Under the pieces are notes generated by a model. It saw only the letters and a list, made by a program, of their open reading frames with translations, was not told the DNA's origin and did no database searches. From a virus (lineage: Duplodnaviria > Caudoviricetes), in IMG/VR virus record IMGVR_UViG_3300037504_001140, positions 1 through 27,128 of that record: a DNA stretch of 27,128 nt; one strand, given 5' to 3'. A program made the translations under genes and the position numbers. How positions within the stretch are numbered: the first letter of the stretch is position 1; each line of letters begins with the position of its first letter. Positions 18,301-25,463 of the stretch are shown here, one piece after another.

Positions 18301-21300
18301 GCACGTTTCTTGATAAAGTAAACGGTGTTACCCTACCTTGGGCACCCAAAAACATCTATATCAGCAAGCAGTCAGACCATCCCTTTATCCAAGTTGCCGG
18401 TCACGAATTAATCCATACCATTCGGCGAACAAACCCAGAACTGTATAAATTCCTCGATGAATCCCTGAGAAATGATGTGGTTGGTTTTGGGGAATACCTG
18501 GACAGCATTAATAAGCGCTACCGGGAAGATGAAAAGCTGTCGCCAAAGCAAGGACTTGAAGAACTGTACGCTGATTTTGTTGGCGATCAAATGATGAAGC
18601 CTGAGTTTTGGGACAATCTCGCTAACCAGAACCCAACCTTAACACAGCGGTTAGCCCAAGCCCTACATGAAATTTTTAAGCGCATTAAACGGGCGCTGAA
18701 GCGGCATGTGCCTGAATCTGAGCAATATTTTAAGGATGTGCAAAGAGCGCAGGATGTGGTGGTGAAGGTGTTGAATGAGGCGTCGGGGGTGCAGGGCAGT
18801 GATGTAAACCGATTCGCCCAACCCACCACCTTCAGCCTCAAGCAAGCCGTCAAGAAAATCACTGATAACCCCAATTTCAGAAAGTGGTTTGGCGATAGCA
18901 AGGTGGTGGACGAGAACGGGGAACCATTGGTGGTGTATCATGGGGCAAAAAAAGATTTTAGCAAATTCAAACAAAAAGGATTATCAAAAGGCTTTTTCTT
19001 TAGTGAGTCCCCGAATGAAGCATCGCAGTTGCACTCCAGGCTTTTCGACAGAGAAGCCCCCTACTCAGATGGCGCGAACGTCTTTCCTGTTTATTTGTCC
19101 ATAGAAAACCCAATGATGCTTGAGGGGATTGGCTGGGACCCGATGTTTGAAAATAGGGCCATAGAAAATGCAAAACAGCATGGGCATGATGGGTTAATCT
19201 TAAAGCGTGGAGATGTGACGGACTACGTCGCCTTTGAGCCCACCCAAATCAAATCCATCTTCAACACCGGCGCGTTTGACGCGGCGAACCCGGATATTAT
19301 GTACCAGCGCAGGCAACTCCTCGAAGAAAAGAAACTCCCCAGCGTCATCGAGGAAAACTTCGGCACCAAAGAGACCAGCGTCGGCGAGGCGGTCAAGGGC
19401 GCCCTCAACATCATGCGCAGCAAAGAGGGCCGGCGCGAACTCTCCGATGAAATGGTCGCAAACGTCTTCGATCAGCTGCACCCGATTAAAAAGCACGGGG
19501 GCGAAAAGGCTTATGTCCTGCACCGCCTTGAAACGGGAAGTCAGGCCGTGTTTGCAATGCTCCTGGAGCATGGAAAACTCGTCAAGGACAAGTCGGGCCT
19601 TCTCACCATGAAGACCCGGAACGAGGGCTTCCTCCCATTCCTGCAAAGCCTTGGCGATGACGGGCACAAATTTCTCTACTGGGTGGCGGCGAAACGGGCG
19701 GCAAGCCTCGAGGCCCAGGGCAGGGAGCGGCGCCTGGACGCGGCGACCAGAAAAAAGATTTTCGATTGGGCGGGCGGGGAGAACAACCCGAAGTGGATGG
19801 CGGCATCGAAAAAACTGCACGAGTTTAACAAGAGCGTGCTTGATGTGGCCGAGGCTTCGGGCCTGATTGACCCAGTGGCCAGAAAGACGTGGGAGCAGTT
19901 CTTTTACGTGCCGTTCTACCGGGTGTTCGAGGACGAGCAGGCCCGCAGCGAGTTCCTGGCCGGACCGCATCAGAGCAAAAAGTTTATCTCCTCGCAGATT
20001 CGGCAGCTGAAGGGCTCCGAAAAAAAACCCGGGGACCCGCTCGAAAACCTGCTCCGCAACTGGATGCACTTGATTTCCGAGAGCATGCGAAACGAGGCCC
20101 GGGCAGAGGCGGTCCGGTTCTCCGAGGAGCACGGCACGGGTATGATCGAGCGCCTTGACAAGGGCGACATTCTGCGGTTCCGCAGCTCCAGGGACAAAAA
20201 GGTCGTGTTCGTGACCAAAAAATCCGAGGACAACGTGCTGTCCTTCATGGAAGGCGGGCAGACGGTGTATTTCAAGGTGAACGACCCCGCCTTTTTTCAG
20301 GCGCTCGCAAATATCAACACGCCGCATTTCGACAACATCATGGTGCGGATGATGGGCAAGACGAAGCGGTGGCTGACCTATGGCGCAACCTTCGGCCCAG
20401 CCTTCCGGGTTGCCAACATGCTGCGGGACACCCTGCACACATCCTTGATGGAGGAAAGTTTCAAGCCCTTCATGGACACGGCCATCGGGTTCTGGAAGGC
20501 ATACCGGGAGGACCCGGACTTCGTCGCCTTCATGGCGGCTGGCGGCGGCTTCGGATCAAGCCACGTCGAGGCGGACAACCCCCAGGTGGCGGCAAAGTTC
20601 GTGCGCAAGATCGTGAAGAACGAGGGCAAGGATGCGCTCGACCGGATACTCGACACCCCGGCCAAGATGCTCAACTGGTGGGAGCGAGTGGGGGCTGCGT
20701 CCGAGAACGCAGCCCGCGTGAGGCTCTACCAGAAACTGCTGGGGGAGGGTCAGGATCACATGGAGGCGGCCTTTCGAGCCCGGGATCTGCTCGATTTCAC
20801 CATGCGGGGGCGGAGTCGGACCGTGCAGTTTCTGATACAGACCGTGCCGTTTCTGAACGCCCGCATGCAGGGCCTTTACAAACTGGGCAAGGCGGCATCG
20901 GGAAAAGAGACCCGAAGAAACTTTTTCCTCCGCGGCGCGCTCCTCGCCGTTGCCTCGATGGCTCTATGGGCGTGGAACAAAGACAAGGAGGAGTACAAAT
21001 CGCTCGAGGATTGGGATAAGTGGACATACTATCATTTTTGGGTGGGCGACAAGCACTTTCGCATCCCCAAGCCGTTCGAGGTCGGCGCCATCTTCTCATC
21101 CTTCCCGGAAACGCTCCTCGATGCCTTGAACGGCAACACCGAGACAAAAAAGATCGCCGAATTTATCGGGCACACCGCGACCGAGACGTTTTCAATCGGG
21201 CTGCCGCAAATATTTCGCCCCATGGTCGAGCAGTGGGCAAACCGCTCTGCCTTCACGGACCGGCCTATCGTGGGCCAGCGCCTCGAGGGGTTGCCTGCCT

Positions 21301-21869
21301 CGGAGCAGCACGATCCCTGGACATCCGAAACCCTGCAGGCGATCGGCGACATCTTCAACCTCTCTCCGAAGCGTGCAGAGCACCTGGTAAACGGATATTT
21401 TGCAACGCTTGGCCGCTTCGTTCTTGCCGGGCCGGACATCCTGCTTCATCACGCCTTGGATTTTCCCGAGGACCCGACCAAGCGGATAGAGGACTACCCG
21501 GCCATCGGACGGTTTGTCAAAGAGAAAACCCCGCAGCGTTATACCCGCTACCAAACCTGGTTTTACGACACCATGCAGGAAATGGACAAAACGGTGCGGG
21601 CGATCAATAAGCTTCGGTTCAGGGGTGAGACTGGGAGGGCCGTGGAAATGGCCAGGGACAAGCGCGACCTGCTGCTGGCGAGATCCGCCTTCAGCCAGGT
21701 CCGAGGCACGCTGAGCCGCGTCAACAGAGAGATGCGACGGGTGCTCTACGACAAGGAAATGGGCGCTGAGGAAAAAGCCGAGCGTATTAACGAGCTCTAT
21801 CAACTCCGAAATGATCTCGTGAAGCGAGCGTATGAGGCATATCGCAAACAATCGGACGGGGGGCGGTGA
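12378..21869 (+). CDS. Large polyvalent ejection protein (ddrB-ParB, JAB/RadC x2, EEIQSD domain, zincin peptidase, ART-PolyVal, LPD38-like)
   Basis: Hydrophobic Gly/Ala N-terminus; LQPRDR...GAPII...VESGNGR (~14020-14170); HNHPSG (15639); LEEIQSDWHQ (~17090); HELIH (18402); FRKWFGDSKVVDENGEPLVVYHG...GHDG...QIKS (18876-19257); FRIPKPFEVG (~21060). Confidence 0.9.
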   Translation: MASNDLYDFFLQADAERRGVVPENEDLGTSPEAHQFFLEAERERSGGDFTRGIKKGVNQLQGSLYGAAGLAASAADKVGLDNVGLAGMLKEKTGFNAAEAVRDWGLRNYERNMEEAARYPTKTLKDIGEAEGFLDTAGTAVDWVQGAAGQIAPSMVEAAVGAIVGSLMAPGPGTAAGGVASRTILRKAIDKMTDRIVQDQVKKGLIKEGAEEAAKKEVRDLATRQALKKLGGRVGMGAAVFPMEAGGNYAEVLSRHGVDAPATAALTGALATSLEFLGGNVKLVDQFVDAVAKGVPSSIKRSAVELLKNIPAEAMQEAGQESLSILNTVVNTDEKFLTPEHVEQIVESAAVGGVGGGIGAGAQITGRVRGRKKGEAPVDFSQIEDQLLADETEGEAIVTPEKKTPTAPGARPGQAQMDLFRRWDAERKQTRQAEVTPDAERLRKDERRIQGAGLERPGGEEKGRPDMEQPAQEAPGDKEAGKVEPVRAEGEGAAVRRERKPIKTGARVKTYLPDNTEVEAEYAAVEAGDLAASHDEDLRINPTFPADLQPRDRGRDAMRLQVQQMAQKLNPERLGESASVTGGAPIIGEDMVVESGNGRVIAIRKAYRGDRGKEYRQWLEKNAERFGLDAADISGMSSPVLVRVRKTDVDRADFARRANQGDVASMGPAETAKSDAERIRDEDMTIFAPSEEGDITAASNRPFMGRFLERIGLNEAAGFVTRDGRYTKQLVDRVKAAIFHRAYENDDLVTLMAEEADPGVKNVLNALTVAAPRFVKAKAADPEAYAKAQVPGHIAGAVRLIKEAKDAGFQMADYLRQTRLFGDEIPQATKEIALFIDQNKRSAKRMGEMFRAMADELQKKTSDQGYNALPGMKIDDINIEKIVENSIQKMKDFYNEQPQGQIRLFGAERDVQAGRGEGESAGRGRAASGVAGAPAQSEEPEAEAGREKPAGEVREPDYVEGTFLGEPSRADRRAYTQASLPFGEGAKGRGEADPSIPPPPRRVVMRPVEGAGSGKHVLHRIDDAVSLLSFLQKDPQESAYTVATDKDGNVLEIHRYSRGTKSSAKIFVSEIAGPVFDLKDAANVYFVHNHPSGGLNPSQADMAIDGYLRAALDLADIEVSSAVMGKGRFREFTATNENAGTRSIRESVRKQIPAKERAFAERLAEPGDPIPNGDVAAQYIADRHGKRADGFLYMDTQNRPVGFLPFPKGKGANEIAKEVIRTANKLNGSNIIVAFPSTQKLRDRSEFLGDLNGLLHENQILDIIAGGKSLSNSGQMKNMFPHGKYPLNAALSLKLLGPVYQRKSDPFYSELTRTVEAMDFKTMPPKDLLSRIKKSPGVKQEEIDWSGIESWLNEQEGKVSKDDVLEYLAANNIQIEEVEKKDAVRPDPAYLDLFKTEDQDGTPVLRVQWSDLDQVYADSYDDGETFDLMVDGDFQATAQSEDEARRFVLQEVGENYSHLLSRQEIADAKFSQYQLPGGENYREVLLTMPVNRRMPFEEFLSAYRKRFPSAKVTDEEIRGFYNDGVEIPTPNRRISSKTDAFSSPHWDEPNVLAHVRFNERTGPNGERILFLEEIQSDWHQEGRKRGYKSKEPMYSKEETMAYQEDIFARFDRGEITREQRNAELDRLSDMRADRVGVPDAPFKTTWPQLVMKRMVRYAAENGFDMVAWTPGSVQAERYDLSKQVGKIVYTKDGTLSAYKDAGGPLNRENRVIQESNISIEKLSDYIGKEGAEKLLNNPTRKIGENTFVLEGDDLKVGGEGMKAFYDKMLPAAVNKFFNKGKWGKAKVGTTIIPKTQLSPGEKIDASSPYAIPAHALPITPQMREKALSEGMPLFQQGGVGEPEVALPPLSEKDKHRLSRIVRQKDKIKTPTDNDLANYLSDAIYDSRLRSNFINKILKKAGVTEDALYMAQKRNQAESEKIRDARQAFRKAFTLWGIREEDNVLISGTPVTKEEKAVQKVAKTFGADLYFFKGKGTFLDKVNGVTLPWAPKNIYISKQSDHPFIQVAGHELIHTIRRTNPELYKFLDESLRNDVVGFGEYLDSINKRYREDEKLSPKQGLEELYADFVGDQMMKPEFWDNLANQNPTLTQRLAQALHEIFKRIKRALKRHVPESEQYFKDVQRAQDVVVKVLNEASGVQGSDVNRFAQPTTFSLKQAVKKITDNPNFRKWFGDSKVVDENGEPLVVYHGAKKDFSKFKQKGLSKGFFFSESPNEASQLHSRLFDREAPYSDGANVFPVYLSIENPMMLEGIGWDPMFENRAIENAKQHGHDGLILKRGDVTDYVAFEPTQIKSIFNTGAFDAANPDIMYQRRQLLEEKKLPSVIEENFGTKETSVGEAVKGALNIMRSKEGRRELSDEMVANVFDQLHPIKKHGGEKAYVLHRLETGSQAVFAMLLEHGKLVKDKSGLLTMKTRNEGFLPFLQSLGDDGHKFLYWVAAKRAASLEAQGRERRLDAATRKKIFDWAGGENNPKWMAASKKLHEFNKSVLDVAEASGLIDPVARKTWEQFFYVPFYRVFEDEQARSEFLAGPHQSKKFISSQIRQLKGSEKKPGDPLENLLRNWMHLISESMRNEARAEAVRFSEEHGTGMIERLDKGDILRFRSSRDKKVVFVTKKSEDNVLSFMEGGQTVYFKVNDPAFFQALANINTPHFDNIMVRMMGKTKRWLTYGATFGPAFRVANMLRDTLHTSLMEESFKPFMDTAIGFWKAYREDPDFVAFMAAGGGFGSSHVEADNPQVAAKFVRKIVKNEGKDALDRILDTPAKMLNWWERVGAASENAARVRLYQKLLGEGQDHMEAAFRARDLLDFTMRGRSRTVQFLIQTVPFLNARMQGLYKLGKAASGKETRRNFFLRGALLAVASMALWAWNKDKEEYKSLEDWDKWTYYHFWVGDKHFRIPKPFEVGAIFSSFPETLLDALNGNTETKKIAEFIGHTATETFSIGLPQIFRPMVEQWANRSAFTDRPIVGQRLEGLPASEQHDPWTSETLQAIGDIFNLSPKRAEHLVNGYFATLGRFVLAGPDILLHHALDFPEDPTKRIEDYPAIGRFVKEKTPQRYTRYQTWFYDTMQEMDKTVRAINKLRFRGETGRAVEMARDKRDLLLARSAFSQVRGTLSRVNREMRRVLYDKEMGAEEKAERINELYQLRNDLVKRAYEAYRKQSDGGR

Positions 21870-21870
21870 C

Positions 21871-22308
21871 ATGGGATGCGATGACAGGGCTTGCCAAAAG
21901 CAGTTGCTGGAGGTGTATCAAGAAATGTATGGACACGGCGAGGGCAACGGAGTGAAGGGCACCGTCAACTGCCTGCAGGGCGAGGTAAAGGACACGATCA
22001 AAAAGCGCCCGTTCTGGACGGCTATTATGTTTATCCTGGTGCCGGTTGGCCTTGCCGTTTCGGCGGTTGCCATGAACGTATGGGCGGTCCAGCGGGTTTA
22101 TCCACACCAGTTCGCGGACAAGGCCGCGATTAACAGGATGGAGAGAAGGGTGATCGTTCTCGAAGAGGGCTACAAAACCATTGGCCGCCAGCTTCGGGAC
22201 CTGGACAACATCAAAAAGACGAACCGCGAAATTCTGGAGCTTTTGCGCGAGATGCGGGGAGAAAGAAACGTTTCTTCGGAGGAGGGGTTTTTTTCTTACC
22301 CCCGATAA
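21871..22308 (+). CDS. Single-pass membrane protein with C-terminal coiled coil (possibly lysis-related)
   Basis: ATG at 21871, 1 nt after the upstream TGA; TM segment FWTAIMFILVPVGLAVSAVAMNVWAV. Confidence 0.7.
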   Translation: MGCDDRACQKQLLEVYQEMYGHGEGNGVKGTVNCLQGEVKDTIKKRPFWTAIMFILVPVGLAVSAVAMNVWAVQRVYPHQFADKAAINRMERRVIVLEEGYKTIGRQLRDLDNIKKTNREILELLREMRGERNVSSEEGFFSYPR

Positions 22309-22344
22309 TACCAAAACGGTATTTTTAAAAGAAAGGAGACCAAG

Positions 22345-22881
22345 ATGCGAAGACTTCTTTATTTGCTTGCAACCGCCCTGGTTTTTGTTGCCGTCGCACC
22401 GACGGCGTGGGGGGTCTGAGGCGGCCCCCGCCTGACCGTGGATGTCAGGCCAGAGGGGAGCGGCAGAATTGACATGGTGCAGCGCACGTGGCGCGGCGGC
22501 ACGGAGGACGCCGTCAACCCGGCCGATTTTCCATATTCATGCCAGTGTTACAGCATCTCCGACACCGTTGAGGCAACCGCGGCACCAACAGAGGGGTGGG
22601 AATTTGATCGATGGGAATTGGCTCCTTCGGACGGAACAAACTGGCGAACGCGCACCGATAGCGGCGAATTTGAGCCCGAAGCCAACCCCACCCGGTTCAG
22701 ACTGCGAAAAGAGCGGACGTTGACCGCCATATTCGAAAAGGCGAGCGCTCCTCCGCCCCCGATCGGGCCAGATGAGCCGGAGGACCCTTTCGTGCCAGAC
22801 CCCGTGCCCCCCGACGACTGCGACCGCGAAATGGAGGCGCTTGGCAGAAAACTGATGGAGTTGCTTCAACTGACCCGATAA
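22345..22881 (+). CDS. Putative secreted selenoprotein (Sec25) with InlB B-repeat-like domain, 178 aa
   Basis: AAAGGAG RBS, ATG at 22345, signal peptide MRRLLYLLATALVFVAVAPTAWG, then V-TGA(22417-22419)-GGPRLTVDVRPEGSG, in frame with track ORF 22438-22881; SECIS-like hairpin follows. Confidence 0.75.
22426..22458 (+). promoter_or_regulatory. Candidate bacterial SECIS element
   Basis: Perfect stem GCCTGAC (22430-36) / GTCAGGC (22444-50) with loop CGTGGAT (G at loop position 2); 17 nt between UGA and loop; lower CCCC/GGGG stem with a CAGA bulge. Confidence 0.75.
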
Positions 22882-22896
22882 AGGAGGGGGGCGCTG

Positions 22897-23985
22897 ATGG
22901 AAAAGCTTACATCCGAGGACATCCGACGGCGCCACGACGAGGAGGTGAAGGAGCTGCACCGACAGCTGCTGGAAAAGGACCAGGTGCTCGAATCGTACAA
23001 GAAAGACCGGGGGCAGCTTGATGTTTATTTGCGGAAAGTGCTGAAGGAGGTGGCGCAGCCCATACAACCCCTTAAATCGGAACTGAGCCGGATCAAGCAG
23101 AAGGCGTCCCGGGTTGACAGCGAGATCATCCCCGTAAAACACATTACGGACAGCCACATGGGGGCGCAGCAAAGGCCGGACGAGATCGAGGGGTTTAATG
23201 AGTTCAGCCCCGAAATTTGCGACAACAGAAACCTGGCCTTCACCAGCGCCTTTTTGGCGTGGATCAACCTGCACCGGGAGCTCTACAAAATCCGGCAGGC
23301 ATGCGTCATCTTGACCGGCGACCTGATCAGCGGCGACATCCACGACGAACTCCGCGTCACCAACGCCTTCCCCTCGCCCGTCCAGGTTCACCGGGCGGCC
23401 CTCATCCACTCCCGGCAAGTCGCGCTGATCGCGCCTTTTTTTGAAAGCGTCACGGTGCACTTCATCGTCGAGGACAACCATGCCCGGCTTACGAAAAAAC
23501 CCCAAGCCAAGGAGGCGGGATACAATACGCTCAATTACCTTGTTGGATCCCTGATGGAGGCGTACCTCGAAAAGCACCAGAACGTGATTTTCCATCTTTA
23601 CCCGATGCTTGAGAAAGTGATCCAGGTGGGGGCCAGGAACTATCTGATCCGACATGGCCACAATGTGCGGGGCTGGATGGGGATTCCCTGGTACGGGCTT
23701 GAGCGCTCTTCGGGTCGGGAGGCGGCGATCCGGCAAAACATTATCATGCAGGATGCCCGACAAGCCAAGCGCATTGGCTATCACAAAATCATCCAGGGCC
23801 ATTTTCACACCCCATTCGACACCCCCCTCTACTCCTGCGGCGGAAGCGTGAGCGGAACGGATGCATACGACCACAAGGAGGGGCGGCACTCCGAGCCCAG
23901 TCAATCCGCATGGATGATTCACCCGAAATATGGAGAGTTCAACCGGGTAAATTTTCAACTCAAACATTTTGACAAAGGAGTGTAG
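22897..23985 (+). CDS. Calcineurin-like metallophosphoesterase with N-terminal coiled coil
   Basis: AAGGAGG RBS; motifs DSH, GD(LISGDIH), DNH (variant of GNH), HGH and GHFH. Confidence 0.85.
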   Translation: MEKLTSEDIRRRHDEEVKELHRQLLEKDQVLESYKKDRGQLDVYLRKVLKEVAQPIQPLKSELSRIKQKASRVDSEIIPVKHITDSHMGAQQRPDEIEGFNEFSPEICDNRNLAFTSAFLAWINLHRELYKIRQACVILTGDLISGDIHDELRVTNAFPSPVQVHRAALIHSRQVALIAPFFESVTVHFIVEDNHARLTKKPQAKEAGYNTLNYLVGSLMEAYLEKHQNVIFHLYPMLEKVIQVGARNYLIRHGHNVRGWMGIPWYGLERSSGREAAIRQNIIMQDARQAKRIGYHKIIQGHFHTPFDTPLYSCGGSVSGTDAYDHKEGRHSEPSQSAWMIHPKYGEFNRVNFQLKHFDKGV

Positions 23986-23990
23986 CCATC

Positions 23991-24425
23991 ATGCACTGCC
24001 CTCAATGCGGCCATGAGCGCACGGTCAAGCGGAACGGAAAGAAGGGGAACAAGCAACTCTGGATGTGCGTGGACTGCCCGGCAAAGGACCCGGGGAGAAG
24101 CACGTTTTTTGAGACGGAGTTGCATCGGGAGGAGGAGGGAGAGGGAAGGGCGCCCGCGGCGAGCGGACGCTTCTCCGAGAGCGATCTCAGAGAAAAGCAC
24201 GACATGATGTTTCGCCTCAAGAAGTTTCTGCAGGCGCTGCCGCGAGGTGAATTTATCGAGGAGGTGGAGCTTTTGAAAGAGTTGTGCATGTTTCGCAAGC
24301 CGGGATACAAGCAAGCGGTCGAGCACCCGGACATCAAGCCGCACCGCGGGAAGGCAGACGGCACGATCTATTATGGGCATCCGGACTCGATCCGGACGCT
24401 CAAGCAAGAGGGGGTGCTGATGTGA
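23991..24425 (+). CDS. Zinc-ribbon protein
   Basis: AAGGAG RBS; CPQC...VKRNGKKGNKQLWMCVDC ribbon followed by an unrelated helical domain. Confidence 0.75.
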   Translation: MHCPQCGHERTVKRNGKKGNKQLWMCVDCPAKDPGRSTFFETELHREEEGEGRAPAASGRFSESDLREKHDMMFRLKKFLQALPRGEFIEEVELLKELCMFRKPGYKQAVEHPDIKPHRGKADGTIYYGHPDSIRTLKQEGVLM

Positions 24426-24934
24426 ATACGTCCGCCTTCCGTAAGCAGGTTCAGCACTTCCGGCCGAGTGAGTTCCCCGAAAGCGTGGAGTGGGGCGACC
24501 CGGTATTGTTTGGTCGCCTTGACGCCTTCCGGGGCGCCCTCGGCTGCAGGATTTTTCCGTCGCCCGCACGGGGAGGTCTGGCCCGCTTCGAATGGGCGGA
24601 CAGGTTTAGCTGGCACTATTGCGATCGGGAGGGTGAAATTCGATCCAGGGCCGTGGATGTATTCTGCGAGTGCTCTGCCATCCACGCCTACACCCAGGCC
24701 CTTGCCTCGCAGCTGTGGGGAGGTGTCGGGGTCTATTTCGATACCCGGTACAACCAGAAGCCATGGATCATGTTTCATCTCGACACCCGGCAGCCGGGCG
24801 ATAGGCACGCAAAACAGACGGCGCTGGTCTGGTTCCGCGACCGAACGGGGCAATACCATTATCCGCAATACAACCGGCGCATGGAGGCGACACTGCTTTC
24901 CCTGCTGCTGGAGGCCACCCACCAAAGAAAATAA
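24422..24934 (+). CDS. Peptidase M15-family endolysin
   Basis: GTGA overlap start. HFRPSEF...LDAFRGALG...SWHY...AVDVF...GGVGVY...FHLDTR gives the H, D, H zinc ligands of M15. Confidence 0.85.
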   Translation: MNTSAFRKQVQHFRPSEFPESVEWGDPVLFGRLDAFRGALGCRIFPSPARGGLARFEWADRFSWHYCDREGEIRSRAVDVFCECSAIHAYTQALASQLWGGVGVYFDTRYNQKPWIMFHLDTRQPGDRHAKQTALVWFRDRTGQYHYPQYNRRMEATLLSLLLEATHQRK

Positions 24935-24949
24935 AAAGGAGAGAGCATC

Positions 24950-25138
24950 ATGGAATTCATCGCAAAAAACGCAGAGGCAATCGCCTACATCGCATCCGGC
25001 CTGCTGGCCCTTGCCGTCCCGCTCGGAGGCGGCCTTGCGGTCAGGTTCTACAGGCGGATCAAAATCGCCGTCAAGGCGCTGGAAGATGGGAAGCTTACGG
25101 CCGAGGAAATCAAGCAGATCCTCAATGGGGGAAAATAA
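24950..25138 (+). CDS. Holin-like small membrane protein
   Basis: AAGGAG RBS, one TM helix, charged tail (ALEDGKLTAEEIKQI), adjacent to the endolysin. Confidence 0.6.
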   Translation: MEFIAKNAEAIAYIASGLLALAVPLGGGLAVRFYRRIKIAVKALEDGKLTAEEIKQILNGGK

Positions 25139-25154
25139 GAGGGGGGGCAAGGCC

Positions 25155-25463
25155 ATGAAAGAGCAAGGAGAAAGAAAATCGATTTGGCGGCGATTTCTCG
25201 GTTGGCTGAAAAAACTCTTCTCTCGACCGGACGTTCAGCAACTCATTGTCCAGATCGTCCGGGCGGTGATTCTGGAGCAATTCGGCAACCGGGTCACGTT
25301 GCGCGACCGAAGCCAGGTCAAAGAAACGGTGCTCGCCAGGGTGCGCCAGGACCCCAGGGTAAACGAGGTCAAACATGCGCGGACCATCTCTATTGCGCTG
25401 AACGACGAGATCAACCTCGCGGTAGCGCGAACCCGCAAATACAAAAAGGCATACACGGCATGA
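25155..25463 (+). CDS. Hypothetical protein with N-terminal amphipathic helix
   Basis: ATG at 25155 after GAGGGGGGG; SIWRRFLGWLKKLF; ATGA overlap with the next gene. Confidence 0.65.
   Translation: MKEQGERKSIWRRFLGWLKKLFSRPDVQQLIVQIVRAVILEQFGNRVTLRDRSQVKETVLARVRQDPRVNEVKHARTISIALNDEINLAVARTRKYKKAYTA

Noticed and set aside
22263-22276. 14-bp palindrome AAGAAACGTTTCTT
   Set aside because: Single copy inside a CDS, with no supporting context.
23991-24080. IS1-like transposase (InsA-type Zn ribbon)
   Set aside because: No DDE domain, inverted repeats or target duplication seen.
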